In this document: positions 28,535 to 38,606 of the stretch, in pieces
Layout: each line of letters begins with the position of its first letter
How positions within the stretch are numbered: position 1 is the first letter of the stretch
Assembly: GCA_963746935.1 (NCBI GenBank)
Contig: CAVVDU010000038.1
Coordinates: 5,267 to 69,266 of the forward strand
Reading direction: 5' to 3'
Length of the DNA stretch: 64,000 bases
From: an uncultured delta proteobacterium
GTDB lineage: Bacteria; Desulfobacterota; Desulfuromonadia; Geobacterales; Geobacteraceae
Translations under genes and position numbers: made by a program
The notes under the pieces: model-generated
Told to the model about the DNA's origin: nothing
The model's input: only the letters and a program-made list of their open reading frames with translations
The model's database searches: none

Positions 28535-30685
28535 ATGATCAGGCTCAATGACATTCTTGAAAAAATTCTTTCCTACAACCCAGTTGCTGATCTGGATGTT
28601 GTCAGGAAGGCCTATGTTTTTTCCGCCAAGGTTCACCAGGGACAGGTGCGTCTGTCAGGCGAGCCGTACCTGGTCCATCCCATGGAGGTGGCTGCTGTCC
28701 TGGCCGATCTCAGGCTTGATGTCCAGACCGTTGCCACAGGACTTCTGCACGATACCCTCGAAGACACTCTTACAACCTTTGAAGAACTTGAGACTCTCTT
28801 CGGCTCCGAGGTGGCAAATCTTGTTGATGGCGTAACAAAGATCAGCAAGATCCACTTCAAAACCAAGGAGGAAAGCCAGGCAGAGAATTTTCGCAAGATG
28901 CTCCTTGCCATGGCGAACGATATCCGCGTGATCCTGGTGAAGCTGGCTGACCGATTGCACAATATGCGGACCTTGCAGTATCAGCCGGAAATCAAGCAGC
29001 GCAGCATCGCGCAAGAGACCCTTGATATCTACGCTCCCATGGCCAATAGGCTTGGCATCTCCTGGATAAAAAGCGAGCTGGAGGATCTTTCTTTTCGGTA
29101 CGTCAACCCGCAGCTCTATTATGACCTGGCCTCCAAAGTGGCCATGAAAAAGAAAGAGCGGGAGTCTTTTGTCGAGGAGGTCATGGAGATCATCTCCCAA
29201 AAGCTCACGGAACACGGTATCGAGGGAGAGGTTTCCGGGAGGAGCAAGCATCTTTATTCGATCCAGAAAAAGATGGATAGCCGCAAGGTTGATATTGACG
29301 AAATCTATGACCTGATTGCAATCCGGGTGATGGTCGAGGATATCAGATCCTGCTATGCGGTACTCGGTGTCATACATTCCACCTGGAAGCCGATTCCTGG
29401 CAGGTTTAAAGACTATATTGCCATGCCCAAGAGCAACATGTACCAGTCTCTTCATACCACCGTTATCGGCCCTTTGGGTGAAAGAATGGAGATTCAGATC
29501 AGGACCGCTGAAATGCACTGGGTGGCAGAGGCGGGCATCGCTGCTCACTGGAAATACAAGGAAGGGAAAGGGTATGACGAGCGGGATGTAAAGCGGTTTG
29601 CCTGGCTCCGCCAGTTGCTTGAGTGGCAGCAGGAATTGCAGGACTCCCAGGAGTTCATGCATACGGTCAAGGTTGAGCTGTTTCCCGAGGAAGTGTATGT
29701 CTTTACCCCTGAAGGGGATGTGAAGGGTTTTCCCAAGGGGGCGTCGCCCATCGACTTTGCCTACAGTGTCCATACCGATGTCGGTCACCGCTGTGTCGGG
29801 GCCAAGGTGAACGGCAAACTGGTCCCCCTTAAATATGAACTGAAAACCGGCGACATTGTGGAGGTTGTCACTTCTCCCCACCATACTCCGAGCAAAGACT
29901 GGCTGAAGATCGTCAAAAGTAACCGGGCAAGGAACAAGATCCGGGCCTGGATCAAGACCGAGGAGCGTAAAAGAAGTATTGTCCTTGGCCGCGAGGTTTG
30001 TGAAAAGGATTTTCGACGTTACCGGCTTAATTACAACAAACTGCTAAAGAGTGGCGAAATAAAGCGGGTAGCCACGGAATTCGGTTTTGTTGCCGAGGAG
30101 GATCTTCTTGCCGCGGTCGGCTACGGAAAGCTTTCCTGTAACCAGCTCCTGGGCAAGCTTTTGTCAGAGGAAAAGTTGGCGGAAACCCGTGAACAGAAGG
30201 AAACCCGGGTTTCAAAAGTGATGGGCAAGCTGAACAAGAAATCTCCCAGTGCCATCCAGGTCAATGGAATCGACGATGTGATGGTCCGGTTCGGGAAGTG
30301 CTGTAATCCGCTGCCCGGTGATGAAATTGTCGGATTCATCACCCGGGGTAGAGGGGTGACCATTCATACGGCAGATTGCTCGTTTGCCATGGAGAGCGAC
30401 CCTGACAGGCGCCTGGAGGTTACCTGGAACAGGGACAAGGAAACCGCCCTGCCGGTAAAAATACGGGTAACATGTTACGACCAGAAGGGTATCCTTGCCA
30501 ATATCGCGCAGGTCATAGCCAATTGCGAGGCAAATATTTCCAGTGCCTCTATCCATAGTACCGTGGACAAGAAGGGTGAGAACCTCTTCGAGATCGAGGT
30601 TACCGACCTGGAACACCTGAACCGTGTTCTGAACAACATCGTAAAGGTTAGTGGCGTCATCAAGGTTGAACGACTGAAGGGTTGA
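28535..30685 (+). CDS. rel: bifunctional (p)ppGpp synthetase/hydrolase (Rel/SpoT homologue)
   Basis: The HD hydrolase (HPMEVA...LHDTLEDT), the synthetase (YSIQKKM, DLIAIRV, YQSLHTTV), and TGS and ACT C-terminal domains are all present. Confidence 0.93.
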   Translation: MIRLNDILEKILSYNPVADLDVVRKAYVFSAKVHQGQVRLSGEPYLVHPMEVAAVLADLRLDVQTVATGLLHDTLEDTLTTFEELETLFGSEVANLVDGVTKISKIHFKTKEESQAENFRKMLLAMANDIRVILVKLADRLHNMRTLQYQPEIKQRSIAQETLDIYAPMANRLGISWIKSELEDLSFRYVNPQLYYDLASKVAMKKKERESFVEEVMEIISQKLTEHGIEGEVSGRSKHLYSIQKKMDSRKVDIDEIYDLIAIRVMVEDIRSCYAVLGVIHSTWKPIPGRFKDYIAMPKSNMYQSLHTTVIGPLGERMEIQIRTAEMHWVAEAGIAAHWKYKEGKGYDERDVKRFAWLRQLLEWQQELQDSQEFMHTVKVELFPEEVYVFTPEGDVKGFPKGASPIDFAYSVHTDVGHRCVGAKVNGKLVPLKYELKTGDIVEVVTSPHHTPSKDWLKIVKSNRARNKIRAWIKTEERKRSIVLGREVCEKDFRRYRLNYNKLLKSGEIKRVATEFGFVAEEDLLAAVGYGKLSCNQLLGKLLSEEKLAETREQKETRVSKVMGKLNKKSPSAIQVNGIDDVMVRFGKCCNPLPGDEIVGFITRGRGVTIHTADCSFAMESDPDRRLEVTWNRDKETALPVKIRVTCYDQKGILANIAQVIANCEANISSASIHSTVDKKGENLFEIEVTDLEHLNRVLNNIVKVSGVIKVERLKG

Positions 30686-30755
30686 CCGGCACGGCGCTTT
30701 GTCACCTTCGGCGCGTCCCGGACTGGATACTTCGTGCGAAGATAGGGGAGGATAT

Positions 30756-31139
30756 ATGGTGAAAGAGATAGTGCAGACAGACAGGGCTCCTCATGCGATC
30801 GGCCCCTATTCCCAAGGTGTCCGGGCAGGAGGGTTTGTTTTCTTTTCCGGACAGATTCCGCTTGACCCGCTAACCGGTCAGATAACCGGAAGCGATAGTG
30901 CCGAACAGACGGAACGGGTTATGGAAAACATCAGTGAAGTTCTCAGCGCTGCCAGACTCGGCTTTGAGAATGTGGTAAAGACTACGATATTCCTGGTTGA
31001 TCTTGCTGATTTTGCAGCGGTTAACGAGGTTTACGGCAGGAGATTCAAGAAGGACCCACCAGCTCGCTCAACGGTGGAGGTGAAAGGGTTGCCTCGCGGG
31101 TCACGGGTGGAGATAGAAGTAGTGGCATTCTCCGGATAG
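30756..31139 (+). CDS. ridA: RidA/YjgF-family enamine/imine deaminase
   Basis: APHAIGPYSQG, SGQIPLDP and PARSTVEV. The start is at ATG 30756, with ggggagg 4-5 nt upstream. Confidence 0.88.
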   Translation: MVKEIVQTDRAPHAIGPYSQGVRAGGFVFFSGQIPLDPLTGQITGSDSAEQTERVMENISEVLSAARLGFENVVKTTIFLVDLADFAAVNEVYGRRFKKDPPARSTVEVKGLPRGSRVEIEVVAFSG

Positions 31140-31144
31140 AACAA

Positions 31145-31176
31145 AAAACCGCGGAGATAATGATCACCGCGGTTTT
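31145..31176. terminator. bidirectional intrinsic terminator between convergent ridA and rpmB
   Basis: aaaaccgcgg-(12-nt loop)-ccgcggtttt forms a 10-bp perfect stem. It is flanked by an A-run on one side and a T-run on the other. Confidence 0.6.
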
Positions 31177-31237
31177 GCTCGTATGGGTTGAACGAAAGTG
31201 CTGGAGCGATTCGGGGTGAACCGCACCAGCAAAATAA

Positions 31238-31429
31238 TTACAGGGCCTTCGTTACCTTGCCGGAACGGATGCAGCGAGTGCATACCTTGATGGTCGAAAC
31301 GGTACCGTTTCTCACTGCCTTGACTTTCTGGAGATTCGGAAGCCAGGTTCTGGATGTTTTGTTATTTGCATGGCTCACGTTATTGCCAAAGCTGGGGCCT
31401 TTTCCACAGATGTCGCATATCTTAGACAT
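31238..31429 (-). CDS. rpmB: 50S ribosomal protein L28
   Basis: [34 protein letters not shown] is the L28 signature. Confidence 0.93.
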   Translation of the reverse strand: MSKICDICGKGPSFGNNVSHANNKTSRTWLPNLQKVKAVRNGTVSTIKVCTRCIRSGKVTKAL

Positions 31430-31464
31430 TTTTTACTGTCCTCCTTCGTTGACTGAAGCATTTT

Positions 31465-31493
31465 TGTATATCAGATCGATGCGGTATTTGCAA
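31465..31493 (-). promoter_or_regulatory. sigma70-like promoter candidate for rpmB
   Basis: On the minus strand: TTGCAA (31493-31488), a 17-nt spacer, TATACA (31470-31465). The SD gaaggagg lies downstream. Confidence 0.4.
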
Positions 31494-31552
31494 GTTATAT
31501 TTATTGAAACGCAGCATCTACATGGTGCTGCCCGAGATGGAGAATTACGACA

Positions 31553-32152
31553 ATGTCTTTCCTGAAGGGGCTTTTTGCCTTCATACTACTACTATTTTGC
31601 ATTGTAGTCATACTTTTTGTAGACTTCACCTATTCGACTTTTTCCATGCATCAGCGGGATGTTGCAACTGATGCCATTGTTGTGCTGACCGGCGGCCGGG
31701 GGAGGGTCGAGGAAGGGATATCCCTGTACCGTGAACATCGGGCCCGCTGGCTGTTTCTGGTGGGTGTCGATCCCTTGGTACGAAAGAGCGATCTCTTCAA
31801 AGAGATGACGGGAAAGCGTGGAGGGGAGGAGATTGTGTTGGAGAAGTCGTCCAGAAATACCTTGGAGAACGCTCTCTACTCCCGTGATCTTATTGCCCGT
31901 CAGAAGGTTAGGTCTATTCTGCTCATTACCTCGCGCTATCACATGAAACGCGCTGTGCTCATATTTAGGTCAATCCTCCCTAAGGATATCGCCGTATATC
32001 CGTACCCTGTCGACAGTAAAAATCTGCAGCAGGCCTGGTGGTCCCACGGCGGCAGCTTCCGTCTTCTTTTCAGTGAGTTCTACAAATACTGTCTCTTTAA
32101 GACATTTTTCCTTTTTGCGCCGGATGAGTTGAGAACCGTCAGGGGCGTTTAA
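31553..32152 (+). CDS. DUF218 (YdcF/ElyC-like) membrane-anchored protein
   Basis: It has an N-terminal TM helix, then AIVVLTGGRGRVEEG and SSRNTLENA...LLITSRYHMKRA, the DUF218 core. Confidence 0.75.
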   Translation: MSFLKGLFAFILLLFCIVVILFVDFTYSTFSMHQRDVATDAIVVLTGGRGRVEEGISLYREHRARWLFLVGVDPLVRKSDLFKEMTGKRGGEEIVLEKSSRNTLENALYSRDLIARQKVRSILLITSRYHMKRAVLIFRSILPKDIAVYPYPVDSKNLQQAWWSHGGSFRLLFSEFYKYCLFKTFFLFAPDELRTVRGV

Positions 32153-32158
32153 CGAGAT

Positions 32159-33691
32159 CTACGCATCGCCCTTATCTTCAATCCTCGGGAAGAGTGCGTC
32201 TGCTTTGGTGATTTTCGTGTCCGGTCGCAGGCCTCCCCAGGTGAGTCCGGATTCAGTGATCGGTTCCTGCCATCCGAGGTAGCCGAGGGCCTTGACGGCG
32301 GTTTCCGGCATGAACGGGGACAGAAGATGGAAAACGATTCGCTGTGATTCCAGAATGCAATACATGACTGTGGCAAGCCGACCTTGCTGGGCCGGGTCCT
32401 TTGCCAGGGTCCAGGGGGCGGTTTCGTCTATGTACTTGTTGCCGGCAGAGATGACTTCCCAGATTGCCTGAAGGGCTTTGCTGAAGGCCAGATCATCCAG
32501 GCAGGAATCAACCAGTCCCGGAAGTGCTTCGGTTTTTGCCTGATATGCCTGATCTATTTCCGTCATTTCTCCGGCTGCCTGCAGGATGCCGCCGAAATAC
32601 TTGTTCACCATGGCCGTGGAGCGGTTCAGGAGGTTCCCCAGGTCATTGGCAAGGTCCGAGTTGATCCGGTGAATCATTGACGAGTGGGAGAAATCGCCGT
32701 CTAGGCCGAATGGAACCTCGCGCATCAGGAAATAACGGACAGCATCGACCCCGTAGCGATCAATGAGCATATTGGGTTCCACGACGTTCTGCAGGCTTTT
32801 ACTCATTTTCTGCCCCTCCACGGTCCACCAGCCATGGGCAAACACCTTGCTTGGCAGGGGGAGTCCTGCTGCCATGAGGAAGGTCGGCCAGTAGACAGCG
32901 TGAAAACGAAGGATGTCTTTCCCTATCAGGTGAACATCCGCGGGCCAGAATGTGGCCATGTTTTCGGACTCGGATGGATATCCGAGTGCTGTTATATAGT
33001 TTGTCAGGGCGTCGAACCAAACGTAGATGACGTGGCGGGGATTCCCCGGCACGGGAATTCCCCATGTGAAGGATGTCCTTGATACGGAAAGGTCCCGGAG
33101 CCCTTCTTTCACGAAGGAAATGATCTCGTTGCGCCGGCTTTTCGGTTGGATGAAATCAGGGTTGGCTTCGATGTGGGCGAGAAGTGCTTCCTGATATTTG
33201 CTCATCCGGAAAAAGTAGGATTCCTCTTTGAGTTTTTCCGTGGGACGATTGCAATCGGGACACTTGAAATCAATGAGTTGTGTCTCGGTCCAGAACGTTT
33301 CACAGGGGGTGCAATACCAGTCTTCATACTCTCCCAGATAGATATCGCCTTGGGCCATGACGCGTGAAAAGAATTCCAGCACGCCTTTTTTGTGTCGTTC
33401 CTGGGTTGTGCGAATAAAATCGGTATAGGATATGTTCAGCTTGTCCCAGAGGGACTGGAAGCGTTTTACAACCCGGTCGGCAAGTTCGAGAGGCGTCTCG
33501 CCGGCAGCGTTTGCCGCCTTTTCGACCTTCTGTCCATGTTCATCGGTCCCGGTGAGAAGAAAGACGGAGTATCCTTTCAGCTGCTTGTGGCGAGCAAGAA
33601 CATCCGCTGCCAGGGTAGTATAGGCATGTCCCAGATGAGGAACATCGTTAACATAGTAGATGGGGGTAGTCACATAGTAGTTCTTGCTCAT
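32159..33691 (-). CDS. metG: methionine--tRNA ligase (short form lacking the C-terminal tRNA-binding domain)
   Basis: YYVNDVPHLGHAYT (HIGH), KMSKSLQN (KMSKS), and the zinc knuckles CTPCE...CPDCN. Confidence 0.95.
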   Translation of the reverse strand: MSKNYYVTTPIYYVNDVPHLGHAYTTLAADVLARHKQLKGYSVFLLTGTDEHGQKVEKAANAAGETPLELADRVVKRFQSLWDKLNISYTDFIRTTQERHKKGVLEFFSRVMAQGDIYLGEYEDWYCTPCETFWTETQLIDFKCPDCNRPTEKLKEESYFFRMSKYQEALLAHIEANPDFIQPKSRRNEIISFVKEGLRDLSVSRTSFTWGIPVPGNPRHVIYVWFDALTNYITALGYPSESENMATFWPADVHLIGKDILRFHAVYWPTFLMAAGLPLPSKVFAHGWWTVEGQKMSKSLQNVVEPNMLIDRYGVDAVRYFLMREVPFGLDGDFSHSSMIHRINSDLANDLGNLLNRSTAMVNKYFGGILQAAGEMTEIDQAYQAKTEALPGLVDSCLDDLAFSKALQAIWEVISAGNKYIDETAPWTLAKDPAQQGRLATVMYCILESQRIVFHLLSPFMPETAVKALGYLGWQEPITESGLTWGGLRPDTKITKADALFPRIEDKGDA

Positions 33692-34638
33692 GGTTTCTCC
33701 TTTTTCTGTGTTGCACCCCCTCCGGATTCTCCGCGGCCCTTTCGGGATTGGGACGATTCCGGACGCTGATGCCCCCTCTGCTGTTTTTTCGGCTTGGACT
33801 CTTCCGGTTCCTTCGCTGGTTTTTTTGGACGGTCCGAAGTATTTTCCGGCTTTATTTCATCACCTCGAAGAATTACTTCCTGGGCATCGGCCGTCTTTAC
33901 CGTCACGGTTCCTTCGAGAACGTTGGTCTTGACGATTTCCCCTTCGATATCACCACATTTGACTTTCTTCCCGCATTTTGGCAGGCCCTTTTTCAGCGTA
34001 CAATAGGTCTCGTATTCATAGGCCAGGCAACAGAGAAGCCTGCCGCACTGTCCCGAGATTTTTGTCGGGTTCAGCGCAAGGTTTTGCTCCTTTGCCATCT
34101 TTACCGAGACCGGCTCGAACTCGCGCAGAAATGAACAGCAGCAGAGTTCCCTGCCGCAGATCCCGATGCCTCCGACCATGCCCGCTTCGTCGCGGACCCC
34201 GATCTGGCGCATCTCGATCCTGGTATGAAAAGCATGGGCAAGGTCCTTTACCAGTTCGCGGAAATCGATTCGCCCGTCGGCGGTAAAGTAGAAAATGGCC
34301 TTGCTGCCGTCGAACAGGTACTCGACTTTGACCAGCTTCATGTCCATGCCCCGTTCCTTGATCCTGTTCAGACAGAAGGTAAAAGCGCCTTTTTCCTTGG
34401 TGCGGTTGTTGGCAGATGATTCGATATCCTCGGGGAGGGCCTTTCTCACAACGGTCTTGATCCCTTCCTGGAGATCCTTGTCGGGAATGGTGATCGGCCC
34501 CTTTATCACGAGTCCGATAGTTCTTCCACGGTCTGTTTCTACAATGACCATGTCATCTTTCTGTATTACCAGTTCTCCGGTAAGAAAGTCATACAATCTC
34601 CCGGCTTTCTGGAACTGAACCTTAACGATTGTTGCCAC
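33688..34638 (-). CDS. PSP1-domain protein (YaaT/RicT-like) with Lys/Pro/Glu-rich C-terminal tail
   Basis: VKVQFQKAGRLYDF...VIVETDRGRTIGLV, the Cys cluster GICGRELCCCSFL and CGRLLCCLAYE. GTG start; its stop overlaps the metG start. Confidence 0.85.
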   Translation of the reverse strand: MATIVKVQFQKAGRLYDFLTGELVIQKDDMVIVETDRGRTIGLVIKGPITIPDKDLQEGIKTVVRKALPEDIESSANNRTKEKGAFTFCLNRIKERGMDMKLVKVEYLFDGSKAIFYFTADGRIDFRELVKDLAHAFHTRIEMRQIGVRDEAGMVGGIGICGRELCCCSFLREFEPVSVKMAKEQNLALNPTKISGQCGRLLCCLAYEYETYCTLKKGLPKCGKKVKCGDIEGEIVKTNVLEGTVTVKTADAQEVILRGDEIKPENTSDRPKKPAKEPEESKPKKQQRGHQRPESSQSRKGRGESGGGATQKKEKP

Positions 34639-34820
34639 AACTGCCTCCGGGGCAAGCCCCTGTTCTGTTATTCGATGGATTTGCGCTTACTGTGCGCAGT
34701 GAATGATATCCTGTGTTCAATTTTTGCCGGTTTTCGATTTGGCTTCCTTGTTCTGAGATCGCGCCGTGTCGCTTTTCTTTCGTCAGGTGCTCTTCAACGT
34801 TGATGAATTCGCAATAAATC

Positions 34821-34898
34821 GTCATACCCGTGAAAACGGGTGTCCAGATAGAATGTGATCTGTTGAAATCCCTGGATTCCCGCTTTCGCGGGAATGAC
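34821..34898. repeat. REP-like doublet: two inverted 27-nt hairpin units
   Basis: Unit A is gtcatacccgtgaaaacgggtgtccag (34821-34847). Unit B is ctggattcccgctttcgcgggaatgac (34872-34898). The reverse complement of B matches A at 22/27 positions, and each unit has an internal stem-loop. Confidence 0.55.
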
Positions 34899-34965
34899 TG
34901 AAAAATAGCTTTTCAGGGACTTATTCGAAAGCATCAACTTTGTTCATGATGTTTTCTTTAGTCTT

Positions 34966-35928
34966 TTACTGGTCGGCAAGACCCATGAAAAGCACCTCGG
35001 CTGCCAGCCGGGGATTCACGTTTCTTTTCAGGGCCTGACGGGTCAAGGAGATCTGTTCCAGCTTCGCCATTACGCTTTCCAGTGAATTCCGGTCGGAGAT
35101 GTTCCGAATCAGCGGGAAGAGGTCGGTGTTGACGATTTCGGTAGAACCGGCGCGCGTGAGCAGGACATCACGCCAGAAGACATTCAGCAGATCCACAAGA
35201 TGAATGGCACTTTCCTTGTCTTTTGCCTCTTCTTCCGCAGCAGCAAACAAGGGGATGATTTCCTCGGGGGACAGGTTGGCAATCTTCTCCAGAAGAAATT
35301 TTCTCGATTGGAGCCAGTCACCTTCCACTATTTCCTGGGCACGCTCGGCACTCCCTTCTGCAAGGGCGGCGGCAATGCGAGCCGAATCTTCATCCGCGCC
35401 CTTTTTCCGCAGCTGCGATGCAATCGTTTCCACGGGAAGTGAAGGGAAACGAAGCTGCTGGCAGCGGGAAAGTACTGTCGGGAGAACTGCATCCACCTGT
35501 GTCGTGATGAGAATAAGGATCGCATTCCCCGAAGGTTCTTCGAGGGTTTTCAGAAAGGCGTTAGCCGCGGAGATGTTCATCTTGTCCGCATCTTCAATGA
35601 TGCAGGCCTTTTTGGGTGCCTCAAAGGGGCGGTACGACAGCTCTTTCTGCAGTTCCCGTATCTGGTCGATCTTGATAAAGGCGCCATCCGGTTGCAGGTG
35701 GTGCAGGTCGGGGTGGCGCAGACCTGCAACTTTTCGGCACGAGGGGCATTCTCCGCAGCCATCCGTGCCGTTGCAGAAAATCGCTTCTATCAGAGCGACT
35801 GCGGTTTGCATCATGCCGCTACTGTCAATACCGTGGAAAAGGTATGCGTGTGACAGTTTTCCGGTTGCAAGGGCGCGACTGAGAAGCGAGATGTTCCGGT
35901 CGTAGCCGATGATTCGGGAAAAGGACAT
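34966..35928 (-). CDS. holB: DNA polymerase III subunit delta'
   Basis: LSHAYLFHG, the Zn module CNGTDGCGECPSCRK, LKTLEEP and TVLSRCQ. Confidence 0.88.
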   Translation of the reverse strand: MSFSRIIGYDRNISLLSRALATGKLSHAYLFHGIDSSGMMQTAVALIEAIFCNGTDGCGECPSCRKVAGLRHPDLHHLQPDGAFIKIDQIRELQKELSYRPFEAPKKACIIEDADKMNISAANAFLKTLEEPSGNAILILITTQVDAVLPTVLSRCQQLRFPSLPVETIASQLRKKGADEDSARIAAALAEGSAERAQEIVEGDWLQSRKFLLEKIANLSPEEIIPLFAAAEEEAKDKESAIHLVDLLNVFWRDVLLTRAGSTEIVNTDLFPLIRNISDRNSLESVMAKLEQISLTRQALKRNVNPRLAAEVLFMGLADQ

Positions 35929-35931
35929 GCC

Positions 35932-36585
35932 CTATCCTCGGGGAATGCGGGAAAAAACCGCTTTGCGTATGGCCTCGGCGGTCTCCGAAATGCCGAGAGT
36001 ACCGTCAATAACGATAAATCTTGCGGGATGGTCTGATGCAAGTTTCAGATATCCTTCGCGCACGGCATGGTGAAAGCGGAGAGACTCCTGTTCGAAGCGC
36101 TCCTCGCGGGCCCCGCTGGTTGCGTTGATTCTTGCCATGGCCCGGCTGATGCCGACTTCTTCCGGGCAGTCCAAAAGGATCGTCAGGTCAGGGGTAAGTC
36201 CTCCGGTGGCAAGCTGCGCCAGATTCTCAATAAGAGCCAGGTCGAGTGAGCGGCCGTGTCCCTGGTACGCGGTGGTGGCATCGGTAAAACGATCACAGAG
36301 GACGATCTTCCCCTCGGCCAGAGCCGGCCTGATCACCTCAGCCACATGCTGGGCGCGGGCAGCGGCATACAGAAGCAGTTCTGCAAGGGGTACCAGCGCG
36401 CTGTTGTCCGCGTCGAGGAGTATTGCCCTGATCTTGTTGGCAATGGGACATCCTCCCGGTTCCCGGGTCGCCACTACCTGGCAGTCGAATTTCGCCTGCA
36501 GTTCACGGGAGAGAATTTCCGCCTGGGTTGATTTGCCACATCCTTCTATGCCTTCAAAAGTGATAAAATAGGCCACGTAAGACAC
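35932..36585 (-). CDS. tmk: thymidylate kinase
   Basis: The P-loop FEGIEGCGKSTQ, plus REPGG and DRFTDATTAYQG. Confidence 0.93.
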   Translation of the reverse strand: MSYVAYFITFEGIEGCGKSTQAEILSRELQAKFDCQVVATREPGGCPIANKIRAILLDADNSALVPLAELLLYAAARAQHVAEVIRPALAEGKIVLCDRFTDATTAYQGHGRSLDLALIENLAQLATGGLTPDLTILLDCPEEVGISRAMARINATSGAREERFEQESLRFHHAVREGYLKLASDHPARFIVIDGTLGISETAEAIRKAVFSRIPRG

Positions 36586-36765
36586 TCCACCAAGCTCGTA
36601 AAGAAATGATGAATTATAGGTGAGAGGTATGAATTAATCAAGCCAAAAACCCTTGCAAGCCCTTATCGTGTTGATAAAATGGGGATACTTGGTTTATACT
36701 CCACTATCCTGAGAAGAGCATCGGTCCGTGAGGTCCGCTCAGCGGGGAGAAAGGGTTGTTTCCGT

Positions 36766-37491
36766 ATGAAGATGAACAGAGAAGAGCTGATGGAAGGCCT
36801 TGAAGCGGCTCTTGACTATCGATTCAAGAATCGTGAGTTTCTGGCTGAGGCTCTTACTCACCGGTCTTTTGCCAATGAATCACGCGGATCGGGTTTCCGG
36901 GATAATCAGCGTCTGGAGTTCTTTGGTGACGCAGTACTGGGTCTTCTTGTCAGCAGAAGGCTTTTGGAGCGGTTTCCTTTAACGGAAGAAGGTGACCTGT
37001 CCCGCCTCAGGGCATCGCTGGTGGATGAGTCGGCCCTTGCGGGTATCGCAGAGGGACTTCAGCTTGGAACCTTTCTTCTTCTTGGGCGCGGTGAAGAAAA
37101 AACCGGCGGTCGAAGAAAGCAATCCATTCTTTCTGATGCCTTGGAGGCCCTTGTGGCAGCGGTCTATCTAGACGGAGGCATTGATTCTGCGGAGCGTCTG
37201 GTTGACCGGCTCTTTGGACAGTTACTGGAAACAACCGACATCGATGCCATTGGCAGAGACTATAAAACGAGATTTCAGGAGCTGTGCCATGTTCTCCATG
37301 GCAAGGGCCCCCAGTATGTACTGGAAGAGGTTTCCGGTCCTGATCACGATCCTTTGTTTGCGGTAACGGCACGCATTGGTGAAAAACTCCTTGGCAAGGG
37401 GGTAGGCAAGAGCAAGAAGCTGGCTGAACAGGCCGCTGCGAGGGAGGCTCTCGGGAGGCTCGAGGAGACGGTACAATCCGAAAAGCGTTGA
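36766..37491 (+). CDS. rnc: ribonuclease III
   Basis: The signature NQRLEFFGDAVLG and a C-terminal dsRBD (KTRFQELC...GKSKKLAEQAAAREAL). The start is at ATG 36766 (MKMNREEL); the track start at 36679 is upstream. Confidence 0.92.
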   Translation: MKMNREELMEGLEAALDYRFKNREFLAEALTHRSFANESRGSGFRDNQRLEFFGDAVLGLLVSRRLLERFPLTEEGDLSRLRASLVDESALAGIAEGLQLGTFLLLGRGEEKTGGRRKQSILSDALEALVAAVYLDGGIDSAERLVDRLFGQLLETTDIDAIGRDYKTRFQELCHVLHGKGPQYVLEEVSGPDHDPLFAVTARIGEKLLGKGVGKSKKLAEQAAAREALGRLEETVQSEKR

Positions 37492-38606
37492 AAAAAACCA
37501 TTGTTCCGTTTTTTATTTCCCACCAAGGGTGCCCGCATCGCTGCATTTTCTGCAACCAGGAGAAGATTGCCGGATCAAACGGCAACTTTCCTACGCCGGC
37601 AGAAATTCGGGACAAGGTAGCTGTCTATCGACACACGAGCGGTTGTCAGGGGGTGGATGTTGCCTTTTATGGAGGAAGCTTCACCAGTATTCCGCGAGAA
37701 GACCAGCTGCGGCTTTTGCATCCCCTTCAGAATCTGCTTGCCAGCGGAGAAGTTGCTTCCATAAGGATTTCCACACGTCCGGATTCCCTGGATGCTGAAG
37801 CAGCAGCTTTCCTCTCTGCATCGGGCGTCTGCACTGTCGAGCTTGGAGTCCAGTCCATGGATGATACGGTTCTCGAACAGGCAGAGCGGGGGCATTGTGC
37901 CGCGGATGTGGAGAAAGCCGTCGCCTGTCTCAAAAATGAAGGAATCTCCGTGGGGCTGCAGCTCATGCCGGGACTTCCCGGCGATACCTGGGAGACTTCT
38001 GTTTCCTCTCTTTTGCGGACGTTGGGTCTTCGACCGGATTTTCTCCGCATCTATCCCACGCTGGTGGTAGCAGGGACGACCCTTTCCCAGCGCCATGCCG
38101 AGGGGAGCTATTGTCCGCTCTCCCTGGGGGAGGCGGTAAGCCTTTGCAAGGTGCTGCTTCACCATGCGCTCCTTGCAGGGGTTCCGGTTGTCCGCATCGG
38201 GTTGCAGCCGACCACGGATCTTGAGAGTGCCGGAACAATTCTCGCAGGACCGTACCATCCAGCCTTCCGGCAGATGGTGGAGTCCGAGCTTTGTTTCGAT
38301 CTGCTGCAAAAGTTGATTCCGCACGGCACAGATGAGGGCGAGCCTCTTTCCATACGCTGCGCGCCCGCAAGAATTGCCGATGTCGTGGGGCAAAAGCGTT
38401 CAAACATTCAGCGCCTGGTGCGAGAGCATGGTGTTCGGATTGATCGGGTTCAGGGAGATTCCCGGCTTGCACACTTCGACATTGTCGTGGAGGGATCGAG
38501 CGGTACTCGAAGGGGCAGTATTGTCAAAGATCTCCGGTATTCAGTAGAAAATTATCATTCGGAAACTCCGGACAGAAACCAGAAAAAGGAAAATTTCCAT
38601 GCCTGA
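37488..38606 (+). CDS. ELP3-like radical SAM protein
   Basis: The CX3CX2C motif sits at the extreme N-terminus ([17 protein letters not shown]), followed by YGGSFT and GVQSMDD. The TTG start overlaps the rnc stop. Confidence 0.8.
   Translation: MKKTIVPFFISHQGCPHRCIFCNQEKIAGSNGNFPTPAEIRDKVAVYRHTSGCQGVDVAFYGGSFTSIPREDQLRLLHPLQNLLASGEVASIRISTRPDSLDAEAAAFLSASGVCTVELGVQSMDDTVLEQAERGHCAADVEKAVACLKNEGISVGLQLMPGLPGDTWETSVSSLLRTLGLRPDFLRIYPTLVVAGTTLSQRHAEGSYCPLSLGEAVSLCKVLLHHALLAGVPVVRIGLQPTTDLESAGTILAGPYHPAFRQMVESELCFDLLQKLIPHGTDEGEPLSIRCAPARIADVVGQKRSNIQRLVREHGVRIDRVQGDSRLAHFDIVVEGSSGTRRGSIVKDLRYSVENYHSETPDRNQKKENFHA

Noticed and set aside
31188-31565. A 125-aa plus-strand ORF.
   Set aside because: It lies antisense to rpmB (L28), whose identity is unambiguous, and runs across the divergent promoter region.
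34622-34825. A 67-aa minus-strand ORF upstream of the PSP1 gene.
   Set aside because: It overlaps the PSP1 start region and begins in the REP-like unit. This is typical of a repeat-derived spurious ORF.
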